From Candidatus Multivoradales bacterium (GTDB lineage: Bacteria > Acidobacteriota > Thermoanaerobaculia > Multivoradales > JAHEKO01): DNA of 64,000 nt. The DNA is taken from assembly GCA_965223855.1 (NCBI GenBank), contig CBDCXM010000009.1:2016001-2080000 (forward strand). Direction: 5' to 3'. The translations under genes and the position numbers were made by a program. Positions 19,344 through 27,011 of the stretch are shown in pieces. Under the pieces are notes generated by a model. That model had not been told where the DNA came from and did not search any database. It saw only the letters and a list, made by a program, of their open reading frames with translations. Within the stretch, counting starts at the first letter, position 1; each line of letters opens with the position of its first letter.

Positions 19344-20669
19344 TCAGAAGGGAAATTCGGGGAGGTCGACGCGCACCGTCGATCGGAGCACGGTGAGGGT
19401 GCGGTCGAACGGGTCGAGGTTGGAGTCGATGTCGATCTCGCTGATTCCCAGCAGCAGTTCGAGGCGGTTGCGCAGCGGGATCTGCACGGTGAACCCGACG
19501 GTCGTGACCTCGTCGGACCGACCTTCGTTCGGGCCCCCGGTACCGACGTAGTCGTCACTCCCGTCCTCGAGGAAGGCGCGGATCTCGATGTCTCGAACCC
19601 CCCGTGTGCCTCCCGTGCCTGCCGTGCCTCCCCTCCTTCCCCAACCGGCCGAGAGACCGGTCACCTCGCTCGTGAAGTAACTCGCTGCATCGAGGGCGGA
19701 GTAGACGACGGAGCGCGAGCGGTAGAGCGCCGTGCTGGTGCGTGTGCCGAAGCGGACGGTGCCGCGCGCCAGCCCTCCCTCCTCCTCACGAGTCCCGAGA
19801 TCGGGATTGTCGAACTCGAGCTCGCGGCGATTGATCGCGAGGTCGAGCTGCAGGCGGTTGCCGTTCAACCTCACCTCCACGAACGGGGAATCGCTGCGAT
19901 TCGAGCGGCCGGTGGTGTCGTCGTCGAACCGGGTGTCGATCGTCCGCCATCCGACATCGACTCTCAACTTGTCGTCAGGCTCGTAGCCGACGCCGAAGGC
20001 GGCCTCGTCCTCGCTGCGGGCGAGCGCGAGTACCGGCGCCAGCATGCCCTCGAGCGTCTCGGGCTGCGAGAACGTCGTCTCCTCGGTGGCGAGCGAGGCG
20101 AACAGTTGCCACGGGCCGCGGACGTCGAAGCGGGCGTCGGCGCCGAGGCGGTCGGTCTGGATCGTCGTCCGGAAGCGGAACTCGTTGTTGACCGGCCGAT
20201 CCGACTCGACGCGGCGCGCCACGAGTTGGGTGGTGGCGCGGTTGAAGAGGCCGAAGAGGGCGGCTCCGTAGGAGAGGTTGAAGCGCCGCAGGTCTTCGTT
20301 CTTCTGCCACCAGGTGTAAGTCGGATGCGCGAAGGCCGAGAGGATGCCGTCGCTACCGAGGGGCAGATAGAGGTCGAGGCCGGCGCGAGCGGTCGCCGTG
20401 AAGTCGGAGACCCGCTCGCCGGGCGCGTCGTCGCCCTCGTCGAAGACGTTGTCGATGTAGCGCAGGTCGCCGAGTCCGAGCCGGGGCTGGAGGCGGAAGC
20501 GGCCGGCGCGCCACGGCGCCTCGTCGAGCTGCTCGCGAACCCGGTCCGCGGCGGCGATCGGTCCCTCGGCGAGCGAGCCGGGGTCGGCGTACTGCGCCTG
20601 CGCGAAGGCGGCGACGGGGAGCAGGAGGATCGGCGCAGCAGCGCGGGCGATCGTGCGGAGTGAATGCAT
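19344..20669 (-). CDS. Outer-membrane beta-barrel protein linked to EPS export
   Basis: Signal peptide, YIDNV motif, alternating amphipathic strands, terminal aromatic residue; directly upstream of wza. Confidence 0.75.
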   Translation of the reverse strand: MHSLRTIARAAAPILLLPVAAFAQAQYADPGSLAEGPIAAADRVREQLDEAPWRAGRFRLQPRLGLGDLRYIDNVFDEGDDAPGERVSDFTATARAGLDLYLPLGSDGILSAFAHPTYTWWQKNEDLRRFNLSYGAALFGLFNRATTQLVARRVESDRPVNNEFRFRTTIQTDRLGADARFDVRGPWQLFASLATEETTFSQPETLEGMLAPVLALARSEDEAAFGVGYEPDDKLRVDVGWRTIDTRFDDDTTGRSNRSDSPFVEVRLNGNRLQLDLAINRRELEFDNPDLGTREEEGGLARGTVRFGTRTSTALYRSRSVVYSALDAASYFTSEVTGLSAGWGRRGGTAGTGGTRGVRDIEIRAFLEDGSDDYVGTGGPNEGRSDEVTTVGFTVQIPLRNRLELLLGISEIDIDSNLDPFDRTLTVLRSTVRVDLPEFPF

Positions 20670-20766
20670 CGGGCCTCGGGGGTCGGAGTGGGGTAGGTTT
20701 CGACGCGCGCGGATCATACTGTCTGGCACTCCGGAAACGGCACCACGAAAACGCGGCACTCCATCG

Positions 20767-22128
20767 ATGAGGTACCTGAGAACGTTATTGCTCTTCGCCA
20801 TCGTCGTCGGCGCGCCGGTGCCGTTCGGCAGTGTGACGCCGGCGGGTGTTCTCTGGCTCGTCGGCTCCATCGCCGTCGCCCTGGCTCTCTTTCTGGTCTC
20901 GCCGCGATCGCGTTACTCGCTGGCGAAGGTCACGACGCCTCTCCTCTCGCTTCTCGGCCTCGCCGCACTGGGTATCGTTCAGTCTCTGCCCTGGTGGGGC
21001 GGAGAAGCGCTCTCCGCCGCGCCGCACCAGTCGCTGGAGGCAGCAGCCGGGTGGGCCATCGTGGCCGTCGTTCTGGCGATCGGGGCGATGGCGTCCGACG
21101 ACCGCCTCCAGGTCGCGGCACTCCTTCTGGCGGCGGTGGTGGCGGCCGGGTTTCAGGCTCTTTACGGCTGGCGGCGGCTGGTCGTCGGGCTCGGAGAGAT
21201 TCTGGGACGCGAGGTGCCGGGAACGGTGGGGAGGTTGCGCGGGACATTCGTCAACTCCGATCACCTCGCGGTGCTGTTCGAGATCACCCTGGCGGTCGCG
21301 CTGGCCTGGGGGTGGTGGGCGTGGCGGCGCAGCCGAACAGAGCCCCGTCTCGAGCGGCGCCTGTTGCTGAACGGGCCACCGCTCCTCGTGTGGGTCGGCC
21401 TCGTGGTCGCCCTCGTCGCCACGGGATCGCGGGCGGGTCTGCTCGCCTTCTGTGTGGCATTCGTGGTGCAGATCGGCCTGCTGGCAGGGCGGCGTCGCTG
21501 GTGGTGGGCGGCGGCAGCGCTGGCCGGTCTCGTAGCCCTGGCGGCTACGGTCCTCACTGCCGGCTTCGCCGGCGGCGTCGGCCGGCAGATGGAGACCTCG
21601 CTCTACCTGGTTCGCAACAGCCCACGGTTCGAGGTCTGGAGACCCGCCTGGGAGCTCTTCCTCGAGCGGCCTCTGGCCGGCAGCGGGCTGGGGACGTTCG
21701 GAGAGGTGTTCCCCCGCGTCCAGCCGGCGTCGCTCGTCGGCGCCCGTTGGGACCAGGCTCACAACGATCCGCTCGAGCTGCTGGTGACCGGAGGGCTCGT
21801 GGCCGTGCTGTTGCTCGGCTGGGGGCTCTTCTGGCTGCTGCGCACCGCATGGCGCACCTTCCACGGTCGGGGGAGGAGCTGGCAGCGGGCGGCGGCGCTG
21901 GCATGGCTCGCCGCCGTCCCGGCGGTGGCGGTCCATGAGCTCTTCGACTTCGGGTTGACGATCCCGTCGAATGCGGTCTGGATGGCGTTGCTGGCGGGGG
22001 TGAGCGTCGCGGGTGTCAGCGGGTCAACCCGGGCTGCACTTCGCCGGGCGGCAGCTCGACCGCCGGAATCTCGATCGACTGAAGCTCGACGTTCGCTCTC
22101 GCCAGAGTCGACGAACGATCGCTCCTGA
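20767..22128 (+). CDS. O-antigen ligase/Wzy_C family membrane protein
   Basis: Multi-TM; GTFVNSDH, TGSRAG, GSGLGTF and AHNDPLE motifs. Confidence 0.88.
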   Translation: MRYLRTLLLFAIVVGAPVPFGSVTPAGVLWLVGSIAVALALFLVSPRSRYSLAKVTTPLLSLLGLAALGIVQSLPWWGGEALSAAPHQSLEAAAGWAIVAVVLAIGAMASDDRLQVAALLLAAVVAAGFQALYGWRRLVVGLGEILGREVPGTVGRLRGTFVNSDHLAVLFEITLAVALAWGWWAWRRSRTEPRLERRLLLNGPPLLVWVGLVVALVATGSRAGLLAFCVAFVVQIGLLAGRRRWWWAAAALAGLVALAATVLTAGFAGGVGRQMETSLYLVRNSPRFEVWRPAWELFLERPLAGSGLGTFGEVFPRVQPASLVGARWDQAHNDPLELLVTGGLVAVLLLGWGLFWLLRTAWRTFHGRGRSWQRAAALAWLAAVPAVAVHELFDFGLTIPSNAVWMALLAGVSVAGVSGSTRAALRRAAARPPESRSTEARRSLSPESTNDRS

Positions 22129-23776
22129 GTTCGAGTGAGTAGGGGCGAACGTCGATCGGCATCTCTACGAAGATCTCGCGTCCGGGCGTAGTCGGGTAGG
22201 TGCCGATCCATCGACCGTCCACATGAAGGGTGGTGACCCCGAGCGGAGGTCCGGTCGGGACGAGAGTCAACAGGAGGCCGTCGGCGGTGGCGGCGGGAGC
22301 CGCTGTGAGTCGCATGGAGCGCCCATGTCGCTTCCATGCTTCCGGCTGCCAGGAACGTGCCGCCCAGGTGGCCTGCCAGGCCGTTCGAGTCCCGTCGTCC
22401 CGGCCCGACGGCTCCTTGAGAGCCTGCTCGCGGACGTAGTGATAGCGGATGCCGCGCATCGCTTGCGGCACGCCTTCGAGGGCCGTCAGAGCGGCCTCGC
22501 TGGGACCGGCGGCTCGTGCGAGAGCGAGCCTTGCCAGCGCATCGAGCTCGCTGCTTTGCGATATCGCCACGCTCCGGCCCTCGACTTCCACAGCCTCGCT
22601 AGGCTTCGCAAGGATCGACTCAGCTCGCTCGAAGTCGCCACTCGTGACCGCCCCCCAGGCTGTGAGGGCCGGGAGCAGGCGGGGAGCTAGGCCGGCCAGT
22701 CGCGCCACTGTTTCGCTGCTCAACCCCGGGTCACCGCTGTCGACAAAGCGGCGTAGCGACCATTCAAGCCACGAGGCCATCCAGGCGCCGTCCCGGTCAT
22801 TGACCTCACCAGGAGGGAGGCGCTGCGCCACTTCGTCGAGGAAGGGCGCGCGTCCAGCTTCCACTTCCGCGGCGACTCCCACCTCGCGCAGTCGCTGGGC
22901 GGCGTTTCCCGGGTCACCGCCAGCGAGTCTCCGGCGCGCCTCCTCGAGACGCTCTTCGATCAACAGGCGCAGAGCCTCTCTCTGGCGCCCCGCAGCCATC
23001 GCGACCCGCTCCCAATCGCCGATTCGCGCGAAGTAGTTGCGCAGCAAACGCCACTGACCCGGCCGGTTCGGGATGATCGACAACGCCGTCTCCAGGGACG
23101 GCGCCACCCGCAGCCAGCTCGAAGCGAAGAGGTCGAACGAGCCGGCGTCCTCGAAGGCCAGCTCGAGGATGCGAACGGCCTCTTCCCTCTGCTGCCGATC
23201 GAGAACCGACCAGTTGCCGAGGTAGGTGGCCGCCAGCCAGCGCAGCGGTTCCGGCTGTGTCGGTGCGAGATCGTGGGCGCGCTGCAGCAGCTCCTGCCAG
23301 GTCTCGGCCGCGCCGAGCCGCGGGTCCCGGCGCCGGGTGAAGCGAAGATAGTTGCTCGCTCCGACCACCATGTGCGCCTCCCACGAGCCGGGCCGTCGAG
23401 CGAGCACGGCGGCCCCGAGGTCGTGGGCGACGTCGAGTCGTTCGAGGCCCCGCTCTCTTTCGCGGCGGCGCTCCTGCTCCTCGAGTTCCGCCACCCAGCG
23501 GCGATCGAGCTCGTCGGCGAGCAGCGCACGAGCCAGGAGGAGGGCGCCGGCGTCACGATCGGCGGTCCGAGCGAGGTCAGCGAGCAGTCCAGGTCGTCGG
23601 TCGGGCACCCCTGCCGCCTGTGCGAGCCCGGTCAGGCGCTCGAGCTCGGCGCGCCAGCGGGCGTGGTGGGCGAAGGTGAAGACAGTGGAGGCGGCCGCCG
23701 CGACCGCCAGCAGCGTCGCGAGCAGGGTCGGCAGCCGGCTGCCGACCGCGGCCGGATCGGAACTTGGCGGCTTCAT
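22016..23776 (-). CDS. Hypothetical membrane-anchored helical-repeat protein
   Basis: 586-aa ORF with an N-terminal TM helix and TPR-like helices; convergent overlap with the ligase. Confidence 0.65.
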   Translation of the reverse strand: MKPPSSDPAAVGSRLPTLLATLLAVAAAASTVFTFAHHARWRAELERLTGLAQAAGVPDRRPGLLADLARTADRDAGALLLARALLADELDRRWVAELEEQERRRERERGLERLDVAHDLGAAVLARRPGSWEAHMVVGASNYLRFTRRRDPRLGAAETWQELLQRAHDLAPTQPEPLRWLAATYLGNWSVLDRQQREEAVRILELAFEDAGSFDLFASSWLRVAPSLETALSIIPNRPGQWRLLRNYFARIGDWERVAMAAGRQREALRLLIEERLEEARRRLAGGDPGNAAQRLREVGVAAEVEAGRAPFLDEVAQRLPPGEVNDRDGAWMASWLEWSLRRFVDSGDPGLSSETVARLAGLAPRLLPALTAWGAVTSGDFERAESILAKPSEAVEVEGRSVAISQSSELDALARLALARAAGPSEAALTALEGVPQAMRGIRYHYVREQALKEPSGRDDGTRTAWQATWAARSWQPEAWKRHGRSMRLTAAPAATADGLLLTLVPTGPPLGVTTLHVDGRWIGTYPTTPGREIFVEMPIDVRPYSLELRSDRSSTLARANVELQSIEIPAVELPPGEVQPGLTR

Positions 23777-23842
23777 GGCGCGCGGCTATCTTATGGGCCG
23801 CCGACCGGCGAAGCGATCGCCGTGCCGCCGCACTCTCTTCCC

Positions 23843-24199
23843 ATGCTGCGTCTACTTCCCGCCATCGCCTGGGCTCTCTTGGTCGCAGTCTTCCTTCTCA
23901 CCCCGCCGAGCGGGCTGGAAACCCCGGACTGGCTCGAGCCGTGGGTCGAGGCCGATCTCGACAAGCCGGTCCATTTCGCTCTCTTCCTGATCCTCGGTCT
24001 GGCGGTCGCCTGGTCGGGGAGAGTGCCGGCCCTCGCGAACTTCCTCGGGGTGGTCGCCTACAGCGCTCTGCTCGAGGGGGTGCAACCGTGGGTAGGGCGA
24101 TCGACCGAGGTGGGCGATCTGGTGGCCAATGTGCTGGGTGCGATGGTCGCCTGGCTTCTCGCGCGTCGCTTGGGCCGCCCGTCTCACACAGCCTCCTGA
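23843..24199 (+). CDS. VanZ family membrane protein
   Basis: DKPVHFALF, EGVQPWVGRS and DLVANVLG motifs. Confidence 0.85.
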   Translation: MLRLLPAIAWALLVAVFLLTPPSGLETPDWLEPWVEADLDKPVHFALFLILGLAVAWSGRVPALANFLGVVAYSALLEGVQPWVGRSTEVGDLVANVLGAMVAWLLARRLGRPSHTAS

Positions 24200-24337
24200 G
24201 AGCTCATCGACAGATACCTTGCCGTTGCGACGGCTCCGGTCGGAGCGAAGGGAGCGCCTCGTCCGCCCAGCAGTGCTGATCTATACTCCGCAGCCTCTCG
24301 CGGCAGCTCGACAGTGCCCTGCAGGAGAGATCGATCG

Positions 24338-25291
24338 ATGAAAGTCAGCGAACATCTCGCACGCGCCGAGCGGCCGCTCCTGAGCTTCGAGATCATCCCG
24401 CCGCTTCGTGGGGGCAACCTCGCCAGCCTGCTCGAGCTGATCGAAGATCTGGCACGCTTCGACCCGCCGTTCATCGACATCACCAGCCACGCCGCTCAGG
24501 TGAGCTACGAGGAGACCGGAGACGGCAACCTCGAGCGACGGGTCAAGCGCAAGCGGCCCGGCACGCTCGGCCTGTGTGCCCTGGTGCAGAACAAGTACCA
24601 GATCGATGCGGTGCCCCACGTCCTGTGCAGCGGGTTCAGCCGCGAGGAGACCGAGGACTTCCTCATCGAGCTCAAGTACCTCGGGATCTCGAACGTCCTC
24701 GCCATCCGCGGCGACGAGGGGGCGTACGAGAAGCCGCTGACGTTCGGTCGCAGCGCCAACAAGTACGCGGTCGATCTGGTGGAGCAGGTCGCGGCGATGA
24801 ACGACGGCCGCTACCTGCAGGAGGACCTGCTCGACGCCGAAGCGTCCGACTTCTGCATCGGCGTGGCCGGCTACCCGGAGAAGCACTTCGAGGCGCCGAA
24901 CCTGGTTTCCGACCTGCGGCACACGAAGGCGAAAGTGGAGGCGGGCGCCGACTACGTGGTGACCCAGATGTTCTTCGACAATCGTCACTACTTCGCCTAC
25001 GTCGACGCCTGCCGGGAGCATGGAATCGACGTGCCGATCGTGCCCGGCATCAAGATCCTGACCAGCCGCAGCCATCTCCAGTCGTTGCCGCGCACCTTCC
25101 ACTGCGAGATTCCGGCCGAGCTCGCCGACGAGGTCGGTGCCTCGCCGGCGTCGCGAGCGCGCGACATCGGAGTCGAGTGGGCGACCCGCCAGGCTCAGGA
25201 GCTCATCGATCGCGGCGCGCCGTCGATCCACTTCTACGTGATGGCGAATTCGCGGGCGGTGGCGCGGGTCGTCGAGCAGCTCAAGTTCTGA
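24338..25291 (+). CDS. metF: 5,10-methylenetetrahydrofolate reductase
   Basis: SFEIIPP, LAIRGD, GVAGYPEKH and VTQMFFDN motifs; AGGAG SD and TATACT -10 at 24282. Confidence 0.93.
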   Translation: MKVSEHLARAERPLLSFEIIPPLRGGNLASLLELIEDLARFDPPFIDITSHAAQVSYEETGDGNLERRVKRKRPGTLGLCALVQNKYQIDAVPHVLCSGFSREETEDFLIELKYLGISNVLAIRGDEGAYEKPLTFGRSANKYAVDLVEQVAAMNDGRYLQEDLLDAEASDFCIGVAGYPEKHFEAPNLVSDLRHTKAKVEAGADYVVTQMFFDNRHYFAYVDACREHGIDVPIVPGIKILTSRSHLQSLPRTFHCEIPAELADEVGASPASRARDIGVEWATRQAQELIDRGAPSIHFYVMANSRAVARVVEQLKF

Positions 25292-26675
25292 CGCCGGACT
25301 CCGTCGGCGGTCCGCCCTGGAATCGCCTCAGGTAGGGCCCCTCGACCATGTCGGGGACGGCGCGACGCCGGCACCGCGTGCAAACCACCTCCACGGGATC
25401 TCCCGCCAGGAGCGGCCCGGTCCGAAGCTTGCTGACTCCGCGCACCTCGCAGTCGGAACAGAAGAATGGCATGAGGAGGGATTCGACGCTGAAGCCGGCG
25501 AAGAAGTCCGAGTCGATGTTGAACAGGAGAACCAGCAGGGGTGGGCACTCGGCGATGACGACCGATCTGCCGTCGTCGCGAAGCTGTTCGAGCCAGTCGC
25601 GCCAGAGGCTGTACCCCCGACTGTTGATGTGCGTGACTCCGGAGAGTCGTAGCTCCAGCGAATCTTCGTCCTGGCTGAACAGGAGGTCCTCGAACCGGCT
25701 CTGTTCATTGATCGTGCCGGCGAGTTCGACCACGACACGCGAAGCCCGGTGACTCACCCAGGTCGCCAGTGCCCGCTGCGCCGCAGGGTAGGGCCGGTCC
25801 TCTCTCCTGCGGACGGGCCGAGCCATCAGCTTGCGCAGCTCGACGAGCCTCAGCCGCATCTCGCCGGCCGAGGCGATCCGATGCGCCAGATTGCGGTCGA
25901 GTGCGTCGGCGGCCAGGCGGTCGGCTTCGGCCGGGATTGCCAGATGAGGAGCCAGCTCCCCCGGAAGTCGTGGCTGAGTGCCTTCTATGGCCGCGAGGAG
26001 CGACGGGAGGTCCTGATCCTCATGGGGAAGCCGCCCGCTGACCATCAGCACGAAGAGCACCCCGAGGGCGTAGACGTCGGATCGCGGTGTCGGCCCCGGT
26101 CCATCCGTTCGGAGGAGTTCGGGGGCTACATAGGCCGGCGTGCCGGCGAGTGAAGCGGCGCCGGCCGTCTTCGGCATCGCGAGCGCCAGCCCGAAGTCGA
26201 GCACCTTGACCATGTTCGTGCGGGCACCGTCACGACAGAGGAAGACGTTCTCCGGTTTGAGGTCGCGGTGGACGATGCCGTGCGCGTGCGCCGCTTCCAG
26301 AGCGAAGGCGACTTCGATCAGGATGGACGCCGCCTCGTCGACCGGAAGCGGCCCCGATCGGGCGAGTCTCTGCGCCAGGGTCTCGCCGTCGAGCAGCTCC
26401 ATGGCGAGGTAGGCGCCGTTCTCGATCCGGCCGAAGTCGAGAACCTGGACGATGTTGCGATGACCGATCAGCGAAACCGTCCTGGCCTCGCGCTCGAGGC
26501 GATCGATCGGCTCGCCCCGGAGGCCGTCCCGGCTCACGAGCTTGATCGCCATCCGGCGACCGACCCTCAAGTGCTCGGCGTCGTACACCGCACTCGACCC
26601 GCTCGCGTCGAGTCGGCGGTCCAACCTGTAGCGCCCCTCCAGGATCGTCCCGACCCAGGCATCAGAATCCGACAG
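25281..26675 (-). CDS. Hanks-type Ser/Thr protein kinase fused to a STAS-like domain and CxxC/CxxC Zn ribbon
   Basis: AIK, HRDLKPEN, DFG and GTPAYVAPE motifs; C-terminal LSGVTHINSRG…CSDC…CTRC; start probably CTG after GGAGG. Confidence 0.85.
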   Translation of the reverse strand: MSDSDAWVGTILEGRYRLDRRLDASGSSAVYDAEHLRVGRRMAIKLVSRDGLRGEPIDRLEREARTVSLIGHRNIVQVLDFGRIENGAYLAMELLDGETLAQRLARSGPLPVDEAASILIEVAFALEAAHAHGIVHRDLKPENVFLCRDGARTNMVKVLDFGLALAMPKTAGAASLAGTPAYVAPELLRTDGPGPTPRSDVYALGVLFVLMVSGRLPHEDQDLPSLLAAIEGTQPRLPGELAPHLAIPAEADRLAADALDRNLAHRIASAGEMRLRLVELRKLMARPVRRREDRPYPAAQRALATWVSHRASRVVVELAGTINEQSRFEDLLFSQDEDSLELRLSGVTHINSRGYSLWRDWLEQLRDDGRSVVIAECPPLLVLLFNIDSDFFAGFSVESLLMPFFCSDCEVRGVSKLRTGPLLAGDPVEVVCTRCRRRAVPDMVEGPYLRRFQGGPPTESGVRT

Positions 26676-26769
26676 AACGACAGACCTCCAGAAAATTGGC
26701 GCCGAGTATAGAGGCTCACCGTCTCGAGAACGACTCGGCCGGGTGCATAGCCGGATCTCTCGAGGATCG

Positions 26770-26798
26770 TTGACCCGGTCTCCGATCCCGGCTAGGCT
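26770..26798 (+). promoter_or_regulatory. Sigma70-type promoter for the riboswitch-metH transcript
   Basis: TTGACC-N17-TAGGCT, with the aptamer starting 7-8 nt downstream. Confidence 0.7.
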
Positions 26799-26804
26799 CG
26801 TCGG

Positions 26805-26916
26805 CGCATCAGGAGTGGTCCGGTAGAGACCGGACTCGGCAACCTGGGACGGACACCCAAGGTGCCTCTCGCTCGACGCGAGGATGTGGCCGCCGCCGGC
26901 GGCAACGAACTGTCCG
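26805..26916 (+). ncRNA. SAM riboswitch (SAM-I/IV-like) upstream of metH
   Basis: P1 GCAUC/GAUGU; P2 GGUCCGGU/ACCGGACU; P3 GGCAACC…AGGUGCC; P4 CUCGC/GCGAG; 3' GC hairpin; L3 CGGACA pairs with the 3' UGUCCG. Confidence 0.85.
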
Positions 26917-27011
26917 GGTGGCTCGGTAGCTGCGGCCCGCTCCCTGATGCGAGAGCGGGCCTTCGTCGTTGGCCCGCGTCTCGGACGAGCGACGACGAAG
27001 GAGAGCAGCAG

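Noticed and set aside
19606-19632. 3x9-nt repeat GTGCCTCCC in the beta-barrel gene
   Set aside because: An in-frame Gly/Thr loop expansion, too short to imply phase variation.
16498-20663. Long plus-strand ORFs (712 aa, 621 aa)
   Set aside because: Antisense to wzc, wza and the barrel gene, with no recognisable motifs.
24200-24337. Possible SAH/SAM riboswitch upstream of metF (CGTTGCGACGG)
   Set aside because: The remaining consensus elements are missing, and the TATACT -10 box at 24282 leaves only a ~45-nt leader.
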